Shown in pieces: positions 51,502 to 64,000 of a stretch of DNA of 64,000 nucleotides. How positions within the stretch are numbered: the stretch's first letter is position 1; each line of letters begins with the position of its first letter. The position numbers were made by a program, and so were the translations under genes. Under the pieces are notes generated by a model that saw nothing but the letters and a program-made list of their open reading frames with translations, did no database searches and was not told the DNA's origin. Origin of the DNA: an uncultured Collinsella sp. (GTDB taxonomy: Bacteria; Actinomycetota; Coriobacteriia; Coriobacteriales; Coriobacteriaceae). The stretch covers positions 27,051 through 91,050 of the forward strand of contig CABUXL010000001.1 of assembly GCA_902495525.1 (NCBI GenBank), written 5' to 3'.

Positions 51502-51606
51502 CATATCGCACTCGGCGCACGATTGGCCGTTTTGCCAGCATTCGGTATATTTCCTCACTTCAACGGACATAAGGACTGCATATCGGCATAAAGCGAGAGG
51601 TCCCCA

Positions 51607-52614
51607 ATGGATACTCCTGTTCTCATTTCGCATAAAACGGCGTGGCTCGTCCATCATGCGCCACAAGACCTGGTTCAAGCGATCGCGCAACACGACTACC
51701 AGATAGGCGCAAGAGGCCTCTCCACCCAGCAGCGTATCACGCGCATTCGACAGGCTCTTACCGACTGCGGTATGCCCACTAGCATGCTTGAGACTATCGA
51801 TATCTCCGTTGTATTTGCCTTCGAGCGAATCCGCGCCAACGGTGTAAATTGCCACGTTCTTGGCCAAAATCTACCCTACGACCATATTGACGAGCTGTCC
51901 CCTGGTATTTTTATCACCGACGAAGCCCTTACCTTCGTATTTGCTGCCGAGTGGATGGACAGAATCGAATACCTCGAATACGGCTACGAAGTTTGCGGTG
52001 ACTATCGCATGGGGCTCAATCCCGATGACCCTTACACCGATCAACCGGCTACCGCTTCCAAGAACGAAATTGTCGATCTGCTCGATCGGCACCCCGGCAA
52101 ACCCGGTGCCACACGCGCCCGACTCGCGCCCAGGCATATCTACGACCACTCAGCCTCACCCATGGAGACCGCATCCGCTATCGCCCTTTCACTCCCGACG
52201 AGCGAAGGCGGCGTTGGCATCCGAGGTGTCGAACTCAACAAGCCGCTCGAAATCCCTAAACGACTTTGGCATTGCACCAAAGTTCGAACGCTCAAAATCG
52301 ACGCTCTTGTTACCTATAAGCGCAGAGAGCTCGGCATCGAATATAAGGGCGGCTTTCACGACGAGGCCGAACGCAAGGGAGCAGATGCGGAGCGAGAGGC
52401 CGTACTCGCCCAAATGGGCTATCGCATCGTCACGCTCACCTCAACGCAATTTGCCAGCCAACTCGCTTTCCACCGTGCCATGAACAATATCCGCGAAGCA
52501 CTCGGCATGCCTCGTTGCGTAGATGCCGAGTATCAGCGAAAGCAAAACGAACTGCGCAAGGTGCTTATCCGTAACTGGAAGAGCGATCAAGCCGAAGAGT
52601 CGCCTTCTGAGTAA
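51607..52614 (+). CDS. AbiEi-like N-terminus plus DUF559/Vsr-like endonuclease-fold protein
   Basis: ISHKTA, SASPMET, KIDAL...GIEYKGGFH...DAEREAVLAQMGYRIVTLT; GAGG RBS. Confidence 0.75.
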   Translation: MDTPVLISHKTAWLVHHAPQDLVQAIAQHDYQIGARGLSTQQRITRIRQALTDCGMPTSMLETIDISVVFAFERIRANGVNCHVLGQNLPYDHIDELSPGIFITDEALTFVFAAEWMDRIEYLEYGYEVCGDYRMGLNPDDPYTDQPATASKNEIVDLLDRHPGKPGATRARLAPRHIYDHSASPMETASAIALSLPTSEGGVGIRGVELNKPLEIPKRLWHCTKVRTLKIDALVTYKRRELGIEYKGGFHDEAERKGADAEREAVLAQMGYRIVTLTSTQFASQLAFHRAMNNIREALGMPRCVDAEYQRKQNELRKVLIRNWKSDQAEESPSE

Positions 52615-52643
52615 CGACGAACCCACTCACCCCGCGCTTCCCC

Positions 52644-52710
52644 CAAACATGTACACCACCCTCCAAAACCGGCATTTTTCGACATCTTTGGAGGCTGATG
52701 TACATGTTTG
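52644..52710. repeat. 67-bp palindromic repeat, right copy (direct orientation, 3 differences from the left copy)
   Basis: CAAACATGTACACCACCCTCCAAAACCGGCATTTTTCGACATCTTTGGAGGCTGATGTACATGTTTG. Confidence 0.9.
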
Positions 52711-52872
52711 GAATCTATGGCCGCACCCAGTCCCGACCGTTTGCCGAGGAATGAGGACGCGATGGCCGCCAACCATGTACTATGTACGGGCATTGTCCAA
52801 ACCCGTAACTCAAAGGACCCCATTTTGCCCGTCGTCGCCGCTATAACCGTTACCTCACATGCCTCGGATGCC

Positions 52873-53514
52873 ATGGTCGCTATCCCCTTTTGGCTCGAGA
52901 TGTTCGCCGTTGTCGCTGCATCGATCTCGGGTGTGCTGGTTGCGCGCGAACACAAGCTCGACCTGGTGGGCGCGGTCGCACTCGCCGTGGTCTGTGGCCT
53001 GGGCGGCGGTCTTTTACGCGACATGACGCTGCAGGTGGGCAACGTCTACATCCTCAACCAGCCGATGGCACTCCCGCTTTCCATTGCCACGGCGGCCATC
53101 ATCTACATCTTCCCGGCAATCGTCGATAAACCCGAGAAACTCATCCCATTGCTCGACATCATCTCGGTCGGCATCTACGCCGCCACCGGAGCGGACAAAG
53201 CACTGGTTTATGGCTTTGCGCCGGCCGTATGCATCATGATGGGCTTTTTCACCGCGGTGGGTGGCGGCATGTTGCGCGACGGCTTTATGGGCGTGGTTCC
53301 GGGCATTTTCCAACGTACTAACTTTTATGCCATCGCCGCCATCGCCGGATCGACAAGCTATGTGTGTCTCGTTATGAGCGGCATCATGAGCAATGTCGCC
53401 GCGCTGGTCGTATGCGTCGCGGTGACCATGGGTCTGCGCTGGCTCTCGCTGCGCTTTGATATCAAAAGCCCCACCGAGGAAGACATCGCACGTTTTTTGC
53501 ATCGCAAAAAGTAG
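52873..53514 (+). CDS. Trimeric intracellular cation channel family (UPF0126) membrane protein
   Basis: Two repeats of the GGG.LRD motif (GLGGGLLRD, AVGGGMLRD). Start approximate. Confidence 0.9.
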   Translation: MVAIPFWLEMFAVVAASISGVLVAREHKLDLVGAVALAVVCGLGGGLLRDMTLQVGNVYILNQPMALPLSIATAAIIYIFPAIVDKPEKLIPLLDIISVGIYAATGADKALVYGFAPAVCIMMGFFTAVGGGMLRDGFMGVVPGIFQRTNFYAIAAIAGSTSYVCLVMSGIMSNVAALVVCVAVTMGLRWLSLRFDIKSPTEEDIARFLHRKK

Positions 53515-53619
53515 GTGGCGCGGGCTCGTCCCCGAAATGCAACTGAGAGGTTCTTTTAGAGCGCCCGCGCGTTGGGTACCCTGTTAGATACATGTCGAGT
53601 ATCTAACGAAGGATTCACT

Positions 53620-54768
53620 ATGCCTTGCAACCTAGCACCGTCGTCCCGACGCCGTAAAACGCAGGCCCGCGTCGCCCTCCTATTCGCACTGATCGCGCTT
53701 GCGCTAACCGTACTTCCCACGACGTCGTTCGCCGGCACAGACACCGCGGGCAACGTGCTCGCAACCGAAGTTGACTCAAATCCGTCTGGCGTCGAAGGCG
53801 ACCTGTACTGGGCTGGCCAAAGCCTTAACCTAGACGACGCCTCCATCGGCCGCGATATTATCGCGGCAGGCGAGAGCCTGTCGATTCGCGACTGCACCGT
53901 AGGCGGAGCCGTTCGCCTGGCGGCGCGCACCATCGATATCTCCAAAACCGCAATCGATGGCAGCGTGACGGTAGCCGGTCAGCATGTCGTGCTCAACACT
54001 GGTAGCACCGCCAACTGTTTTTACGCGATGGGTGAGACAGTTGCCCTACGAGGCTCCACCAAGTCGGCAGCACTTGCAGGCGATACGGTGACCATCGACG
54101 GCACCGTCGAGGGCGATGTCGAGGTTTGGGCCGATAAGCTCGTCTTGGGCAAGAATGCCCGCATTACCGGCACCGTGAGCGCACATGTTTCCGAGGACCC
54201 CGAGCGCGCCGCAGGAGCCGAGGTCGGTGCGCTCAAGATCGACCGTACCGAAAACGAAAGCGCCGCCACGACGGTTAACGATATCGTCGGCGGCATCGTG
54301 GCCGCAGCCCTGTCGACCTGCTTTATCGCCCTGTTGCTCGAGCTCGTCTTTCCGTGTGCGACCGCCAGTGCCGCCGGCATGCTCCACCAGCGCGCCACGC
54401 CCCTGTGGGTGAGCGGTCTTCTGGGTACGATTGCTGTCGTCCCCGCCGTCCTGCTGCTGATTATCTCTATCGCTGGCCTGTCGCTTGCCGGAACCCTCTT
54501 GTGCGGCGTTATCGGCATCGCGTTGGTGTCGAGTGCCTTTGCGGGATGCGCAATCGCCCGCATGGTCGGACACAACCAGAACCGCTACGCCATGGCAGCC
54601 GTCGGCGGTGTGGCCGCAGGCGCCCTCACGGGACTTCCCCTCATCGGCGACTTCATCAGCGGCGTGGCCTTTGTCTTTATGCTCGGCTACGTTATCCAAA
54701 TCATCTGGCGCAACGCCCGCCTCAAGCCCCAACAAGCCTCCAACACGCCAGGACTCCCCACCGCCTAG
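53620..54768 (+). CDS. Membrane protein with an N-terminal bactofilin-like beta-solenoid repeat region
   Basis: Signal/TM helix, repeats of the type GDLYWAGQSL/RDIIAAGESL/GSVTVAGQHV, then about five TM helices. Confidence 0.7.
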   Translation: MPCNLAPSSRRRKTQARVALLFALIALALTVLPTTSFAGTDTAGNVLATEVDSNPSGVEGDLYWAGQSLNLDDASIGRDIIAAGESLSIRDCTVGGAVRLAARTIDISKTAIDGSVTVAGQHVVLNTGSTANCFYAMGETVALRGSTKSAALAGDTVTIDGTVEGDVEVWADKLVLGKNARITGTVSAHVSEDPERAAGAEVGALKIDRTENESAATTVNDIVGGIVAAALSTCFIALLLELVFPCATASAAGMLHQRATPLWVSGLLGTIAVVPAVLLLIISIAGLSLAGTLLCGVIGIALVSSAFAGCAIARMVGHNQNRYAMAAVGGVAAGALTGLPLIGDFISGVAFVFMLGYVIQIIWRNARLKPQQASNTPGLPTA

Positions 54769-54897
54769 CCGCCAACCACCACAAAGGGGACGGGCACCTT
54801 TGTAGTGGTGCAGACCAACTCAACCCCTGTGTACCAAAAAGGGCGCCGACCATTGCGGTCGACGCCCTTTCTTATTGGCGGTTATAAGCCCCAGCGA

Positions 54898-56736
<1,839 letters not shown>

Positions 56737-56853
56737 GTAGTTCCCCTATCTTCTATCCATATACAAACGGCACGCGTATGCGACCCACCCAGCAATGCAA
56801 CGCTCGGCGGGAATATTGAGCCTTTTACCGAAAACTCGTTTATTTTAGCGATT

Positions 56854-57303
56854 TTAGATGAGAGGGGTTTCCTCACCTGCAGGTTCAGGGTCGCTCCACA
56901 TAAAACCATCGCCGGCGCCCATGCCCTCATACAGCACATATGCCGAAAAGCCGCTCTCGAGCGTCGTCTCAAAGAAGCTCACGAGCAGAGCGTCGTGATA
57001 GCCACCGTCAATCTCAACACAGCCGGTGTAGCCGATGGCATAGCGGGCGATGCGGCCCAGGCCCTCGTCCTTAAGGCCCATCTTGTGCTCGGAGATAAAG
57101 TTGGTGGCAGCCTCCAGGCATGCCTCCTCGCCATCCTCGTCGAGCGCGGCCAGATAGCGGTTGGAAGCAGCGTCCTCGATCGCCACAACTACGCCCGGAT
57201 TCTCGCCGGCGGCAAGGTCGTCCAAGAACGCACCAATCAGGTCACACACCATGGCGTCGAGCTCGGCGGAGACGTTACCGGCGTCCTGCATATCCTGTGC
57301 CAT
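56854..57303 (-). CDS. Acidic hypothetical protein
   Basis: 149-aa ORF with an RBS-like GGAAGG, co-directional with neighbours. Confidence 0.7.
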   Translation of the reverse strand: MAQDMQDAGNVSAELDAMVCDLIGAFLDDLAAGENPGVVVAIEDAASNRYLAALDEDGEEACLEAATNFISEHKMGLKDEGLGRIARYAIGYTGCVEIDGGYHDALLVSFFETTLESGFSAYVLYEGMGAGDGFMWSDPEPAGEETPLI

Positions 57304-57333
57304 CTCTAGACCTTCCCATCGAATCCGGCGTCG

Positions 57334-57723
57334 TTACAGTTCTTGTGCCTCGGCAGCGATCTTGGCGGCAGCGTCGCGGGCGCGCGTCATATCCATCGCG
57401 CGCTTGTCGAGCACCTTGATCTGGTTGGTCAGCATTACCGCATCGACCACACCCCAGATTACCAAGCCTGTTGAAATCGAAAACCCAAGCGCACCAACTG
57501 TACCACGAAGGCGCGAACAGATTGCCGCGACAAGGGCGGAGACGACAACCATCTTGATAAACGAGCCGCGGCGCTCCCGAAGCGTGCGGGCCTGCGTCAC
57601 ATAGGCAATGCGAGCCGCCTCGGATGCCTCCGAGCGCATCTGGGCCTCGCGCGCAATGGCCGCCGCCTCAGCCGACACACCGCTGGCCATCAGCGAACGC
57701 TCCGCAACCCTGCCGCCCCGCAT
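57334..57723 (-). CDS. Small 2-TM hypothetical protein
   Basis: Two hydrophobic helices; start may be 57690. Confidence 0.6.
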   Translation of the reverse strand: MRGGRVAERSLMASGVSAEAAAIAREAQMRSEASEAARIAYVTQARTLRERRGSFIKMVVVSALVAAICSRLRGTVGALGFSISTGLVIWGVVDAVMLTNQIKVLDKRAMDMTRARDAAAKIAAEAQEL

Positions 57724-58224
57724 TTAGAAGTCATCGGGGGAGAGCGTATGGACGAACTCGTCGAACTTCTCGAACTCCTGCTCGTCGTCGACATCCTCGG
57801 CGTGGGTGGAAACAGTGCCCAGGCGATTCATGATGTCGTCCTCCACAAACATGGGGGCATTGCTGCGCACGGCAAGGGCAATGGCGTCACTGGGGCGGGC
57901 GTCGATCTTGCGCTCCTCGCCATCGGCCAGTACGACGATCGTCGCGTAGAACACCGGCGGCTCGGCGCGAACGATCTCGATGCGCTCGAGCTTGGCGCCC
58001 AGGGCGTCAACGGTATCGAGCAGCAGGTCATGGGTAATCGGGCGCTCGGCGCGGCCGCTATCGATGCCGCGACTGATGGCAGCAGCTTCAAACGAACCAG
58101 TCTGAATGGAAAGGGAACGCAGCGGCGCGGGCGAGTCCGATTTGCTGCTGCGCTCACGAAGTACGATAAGCGATGGCACGGGACCGGCGGCCATGACGAT
58201 GGTCTCTATGTCGACACGAACCAT
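57724..58224 (-). CDS. Bifunctional nuclease family protein (DUF151)
   Basis: EAAAI...RPITHDLL...FYATI...IDARPSDAIALAVR. Confidence 0.92.
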   Translation of the reverse strand: MVRVDIETIVMAAGPVPSLIVLRERSSKSDSPAPLRSLSIQTGSFEAAAISRGIDSGRAERPITHDLLLDTVDALGAKLERIEIVRAEPPVFYATIVVLADGEERKIDARPSDAIALAVRSNAPMFVEDDIMNRLGTVSTHAEDVDDEQEFEKFDEFVHTLSPDDF

Positions 58225-58408
58225 GGAACACCTCCGGTACGTAGCGGTTAACACGCGGCAGCCCGCCGCATTGAATAGCTATACTACCCAATCTTTCGCA
58301 CAGCACACAAAATCAAAGTAGTTAATTTGGGACGGGGCTTTTTTGACTACTTTCAGTAGGTAAGAAAAAAGCCCCGAGGCAACGCCCCAGGGCTCTTCAC
58401 AGTTTTGA

Positions 58409-58485
58409 TGGTGGACCTGACAAGATTCGAACTTGTGACCTCCCGGTTATCAGCCGGACGCTCTAACCAACTGAGCTACAGGTCC
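58409..58485 (-). tRNA. tRNA-Ile(GAT)
   Basis: GGACCTGTAGCTCAGTTGGTTAGAGCGTCCGG-CTGATAA-CCGGG...TTCGAAT...CCA. Confidence 0.97.
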
Positions 58486-58489
58486 ATCA

Positions 58490-58565
58490 TGGTGGAGGTT
58501 AGGGGGATCGAACCCCTGACCTCAGGCTTGCAAAGCCCGCGCTCTCCCAGCTGAGCTAAACCCCC
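58490..58565 (-). tRNA. tRNA-Ala(TGC)
   Basis: GGGGGTTTAGCTCAGCTGGGAGAGCGCGGGC-TTTGCAA-GCCTG...CCTCCACCA. Confidence 0.97.
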
Positions 58566-58632
58566 ACGGAGACAGTAATAAACACCCCAGCGGCGACTCG
58601 GCTCTCGCTGGGGTGTTTATTGCGAAAGAAAG

Positions 58633-58709
58633 TGGTGGACCTGACAAGATTCGAACTTGTGACCTCCCGGTTATCAGCCGGACGCTCTAACCAACTGAGC
58701 TACAGGTCC
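58633..58709 (-). tRNA. tRNA-Ile(GAT), identical copy
   Basis: Identical to 58409-58485; preceded by TTGACG-N18-TAATAT (58753-58724). Confidence 0.97.
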
Positions 58710-58760
58710 ATCGCGCAAGGGATATATTAGACGAGTCGTTACGCGCGCGTCAACAACTTT

Positions 58761-58939
58761 TTTGAAAATCTTTGAAGGGTGTTCGCCCCGGCTGCCCGGC
58801 GGCATGCGAAGTCGCCTGCTCGGACAGTCCTGCTCGCACGGAGAGCACATTAAGTGCTCTCCGGCTCGTGCGGAACTCGCGATCGACTTCGCATGCCGCC
58901 GGGCAGCCGGGGCCGACGTGGGGTTCAAAGATTTTCAAA
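58761..58939. repeat. 179-bp long hairpin element (family C)
   Basis: TTTGAAAATCTTTGAA/TTCAAAGATTTTCAAA ends, CCCCGGCTGCCCGGCGGCATGCGAAGTCG stem, inner GGAGAGCAC/GTGCTCTCC hairpin. Confidence 0.8.
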
Positions 58940-59009
58940 GAAGCGGTCGGCGCGCAGTGCGCCGACCGCCGATATATGGGGTCTGATATTTTCTACCAGC
59001 TAGGGCCTC

Positions 59010-61751
59010 TTACTCGTCTAGGAGATCCTCTGGCATTTCGTTGCCGTCGCCTAGGTCGACCGGGGCCTCTTCGGCGTCGGTTGCGGCCTCGGCGCCTTCG
59101 CCTTCGGGCTTTTCCTTGGCTGCCGTCATGCGGGCGACAGCGCATACGCGGTCGTTGTCGTCAACGGTCATCATCTTGACGCCCTGGGTGGCGCGGCCGG
59201 TCTGGCTGATCTCGTCGGTCTTGACGCGAATGACCGTCGCGCCTTCCGTCACGATGAACAGCTCGTGCTGCGGGCCCACCGTCTTCATGGCCGCGAGGTT
59301 GCCCTTACGCTCGGTCATTTGGATGGTGTAGACGCCCTGGCCGCCGCGATTCTGCTCCGGGTAGTCCGCGACCGGCGTGCGCTTGCCGTAGCCGCGCTCG
59401 GTGATGACGAATAGATCGCCGTTGCCGTTAGTGACTTCCATGCCCAGAACGCTCACGCCGTCCTTCATACCGATACCGCGAACGCCGCTGGTATCGCGGC
59501 CGGTGGCGCGCACCTGCTCCTCGGAGAACATGATTGCCTTGCCCGCGGTGGTGGCCAGGATAATCTTGTCGCCCTCGCACACGCGGCGCACGTTCAGCAG
59601 CGCGTCGTCGTCACGCAGGTTGATAGCGATCAGGCCGTCGCGACGGCTGCGGTCATATGCGCTCATCACGGTCTTCTTGACCATGCCGCTCTTGGTGGCA
59701 AACATCAGGTACTCGTCGGCCGGGAACTCGCGGCAGCTGATGACGCTCGCGATCTTCTCGCCTTCCTCGAAGGGCAGCAGGTTGACGATCGCGGTACCGC
59801 GCGCCTGGCGCGTACCCACCGGCAGCTCGTGCACCTTCAGGCGATAGACCTTGCCCTTGCTCGAGAAGAACAGCACGTACTCGTGCGTGGACGCGATGAA
59901 CATCTCGTCGATAACGTCGTCCTCTTTGAGGTTGACGCCCGATACGCCCTTGCCGCCGCGCTTCTGGGCGCGGTAGGCAGCCACCGGGATACGCTTAACG
60001 TAGCCGGTATGGGTGATGGTCACGACCATATCCTCGTCGGCGATGAGGTCCTCGACATCCAGGTCCTTCTCAACCTGGCTGATCTCGGTGCGGCGCTTGT
60101 CGCCAAACTTCTTGGAGATCTCGCGCATCTCTTCCTTGATGACGCCCAGGATCTTCTCCTCATGCGCCAGCAGGTCCTCGTAGTAGGCGATGGCGCGGCG
60201 CAGGCCGTCCAACTCTTCTTGGATCTTGTCGCGCTCCAGGCCGGTCAGGCGGCGCAGCTTCATCTCGAGGATGGCCGTGGTCTGCTCGGGCGTAAAGCCA
60301 AAGCGCTCGATCAAGCGGCTGCTGGCCTCGGAGTCGGTCTGCGAGGAGCGGATGATGCTAATGACCTCGTCGATATGGTCGAGAGCCATAAGATAACCCT
60401 CGAGGATATGCGCGCGGGCTTGGGCCTTCTTAAGGTCGAAGCGGGTGCGGCGAGTGACGACGTCGACCTGGTGGTCGATGTAGTGCTGCAGCATCTCACG
60501 CAGGCTCAGGCATTTGGGAACGCCGTTGACGAGCGCCAGGTTGTTGGCGCCAAAGGTCGTCTGCAGCGAGGTGTACTTATACAGGTTGTTGAGCACGACC
60601 TGCGGAATGACGCCCTTCTTGAGCTCGATGACCAGACGGATGCCCTTCTGGTTGGACTCATCGCGCATATCCGAGATACCCTCGATGCGCTTGTCGTTGA
60701 CAAGCTGGGCGATCTTCTCCTGCAGGGTGCCCTTGTTGACCATGTAGGGAATCTCGGTAAAGACCAGGCGGCTGCGGCCGGTCTTGGTGGACTCCACGTG
60801 TGCCTTGGCACGCACGGTAATGGAGCCGCGGCCGGTCTCGTAGCTCTGCTTAATGCCGGCGCTGCCCATGATGATGGCGCCGGTGGGGAAGTCCGGACCG
60901 GGCATGATCTGCATGAGCTCGTCGACGGTGGCGTCGGGGTTGTCGATCAGGTAACAGGTGGCCTCGATCGCCTCGGTGAGGTTGTGCGGGGCGATGTTGG
61001 TGGCCATGCCGACGGCGATGCCCTGGCTACCGTTGACCAGCAGGTTGGGGAAGCGCGCAGGCAGTGCCACGGGCTCGGCGAGCGATTCGTCGTAGTTGGG
61101 CTGCCAGTCGACGGTATCCTTCTGCAGGTCACGCAGCAGTTCCATGGCGGGCTTGGCCAGGCGGCTCTCGGTGTAGCGCATGGCTGCCGCGCCGTCGCCG
61201 TCGATGTTGCCGAAGTTGCCGTGACCGTCGATGAGCGGCGTGCGCATGGAGAACCACTGCGCCAGGCGGACCATGGCCTCATAGACCGCGGAGTCGCCAT
61301 GCGGGTGGTACTTACCGATAACTTCGCCGACCGTCCAGGCCGACTTCTTGTGCGGGCGGTTGGGGTAGATGCCGCTCTCGTTCATCGCGTACAGGATGCG
61401 GCGGTGCACCGGCTTTAAGCCATCGCGCACGTCCGGCAGGGCGCGCGCCGTGATGACCGACATCGAATACTCGATAAATGACTGCTTCATCTCGCGGCCA
61501 AACTCCGAAATCTGGAGCTGGCCGCCGTTTATATCCTCGCCGGCCGAGGCGCCACGATCGACTTCACCAAAGCTCTCCTCGAGCTCGCCGTCGTCGTCTT
61601 CTTCCTCGTCATCATCGGCATCGGGGTTATAGGCGTCAGGATCGCCGTCCTCGCCCTGCTCAGCACGGGCAAGCAGGCGCTTCAGATCGTCGGGCATGCC
61701 GGCATCGCCGGCCTCGCCCATACCCCCGTTATTGTTGATATCGTCTGCCAC
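59010..61751 (-). CDS. gyrA: DNA gyrase subunit A
   Basis: [30 protein letters not shown], GyrA box QKRGGKG. Confidence 0.98.
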   Translation of the reverse strand: MADDINNNGGMGEAGDAGMPDDLKRLLARAEQGEDGDPDAYNPDADDDEEEDDDGELEESFGEVDRGASAGEDINGGQLQISEFGREMKQSFIEYSMSVITARALPDVRDGLKPVHRRILYAMNESGIYPNRPHKKSAWTVGEVIGKYHPHGDSAVYEAMVRLAQWFSMRTPLIDGHGNFGNIDGDGAAAMRYTESRLAKPAMELLRDLQKDTVDWQPNYDESLAEPVALPARFPNLLVNGSQGIAVGMATNIAPHNLTEAIEATCYLIDNPDATVDELMQIMPGPDFPTGAIIMGSAGIKQSYETGRGSITVRAKAHVESTKTGRSRLVFTEIPYMVNKGTLQEKIAQLVNDKRIEGISDMRDESNQKGIRLVIELKKGVIPQVVLNNLYKYTSLQTTFGANNLALVNGVPKCLSLREMLQHYIDHQVDVVTRRTRFDLKKAQARAHILEGYLMALDHIDEVISIIRSSQTDSEASSRLIERFGFTPEQTTAILEMKLRRLTGLERDKIQEELDGLRRAIAYYEDLLAHEEKILGVIKEEMREISKKFGDKRRTEISQVEKDLDVEDLIADEDMVVTITHTGYVKRIPVAAYRAQKRGGKGVSGVNLKEDDVIDEMFIASTHEYVLFFSSKGKVYRLKVHELPVGTRQARGTAIVNLLPFEEGEKIASVISCREFPADEYLMFATKSGMVKKTVMSAYDRSRRDGLIAINLRDDDALLNVRRVCEGDKIILATTAGKAIMFSEEQVRATGRDTSGVRGIGMKDGVSVLGMEVTNGNGDLFVITERGYGKRTPVADYPEQNRGGQGVYTIQMTERKGNLAAMKTVGPQHELFIVTEGATVIRVKTDEISQTGRATQGVKMMTVDDNDRVCAVARMTAAKEKPEGEGAEAATDAEEAPVDLGDGNEMPEDLLDE

Positions 61752-61799
61752 GTTACCTCCTCATGGTTTGCGTGGTCCATTAGTTCCCTGCCACGGAGA

Positions 61800-61900
61800 C
61801 GGCTTTTCCAGGTGCCGCAGATTCGCTCGAAAGAGGAGGGAAGCGTACTTGGGTACGCGACCGACGATTGAGGGCGAAGGTGCGGTGGCTGGGAAAGCCG
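61800..61900. repeat. Structured palindromic element, family A-related, copy 3
   Basis: Core GAAAGAGGAGGGAAGCGTACTTGGGTACGCGACCGACGATTGA matches the core of the 43662 copy, inside a different stem. Confidence 0.75.
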
Positions 61901-61906
61901 AACAGG

Positions 61907-63979
<2,073 letters not shown>

Positions 63980-64000
63980 TTATCGTAAAAAAATACCCTC

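Noticed and set aside
51435..52710. CRISPR array interpretation of the 67-bp repeats
   Set aside because: Only two copies, too long, separated by a 1.1-kb gene, and no cas genes are present.

Overview
High-GC actinobacterial chromosome segment, most consistent with Coriobacteriia (Collinsella-like; inferred from gene content and order, not from a database match). It probably lies close to oriC, which would be beyond the right edge, since gyrB-gyrA, rpsF-ssb-rpsR-rplI and dnaB are here and most genes are on the minus strand. Core genes: purN/M/F/E/D/A, carAB, typA, gyrAB, dnaB, ribosomal proteins and five intact tRNAs. Three accessory segments stand out. (1) ~3.4-18.3 kb: a PIN toxin-antitoxin pair; a five-gene operon (SPFH/zinc-ribbon, membrane, Zn-ribbon/TPR-like, coiled-coil and small acidic proteins); a degenerate tRNA-Ser(GCT); four zinc-ribbon membrane proteins, three with apparently shuffled extracellular domains; a Zn-finger/HTH regulator; and an ATPase-nuclease. 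(2) ~25.7-35.8 kb: a 2143-aa wall-anchored GH31, a RelE/Phd pair, an AAA ATPase and an orphan sorting-signal remnant, bracketed by two related hairpin elements in inverted orientation. (3) A DUF559-like endonuclease gene enclosed by two near-identical 67-bp palindromes, just after two tRNA-Ser genes. Several families of intergenic hairpins keep conserved loops on variable or covarying stems. No CRISPR array, integrase or transposase was seen.
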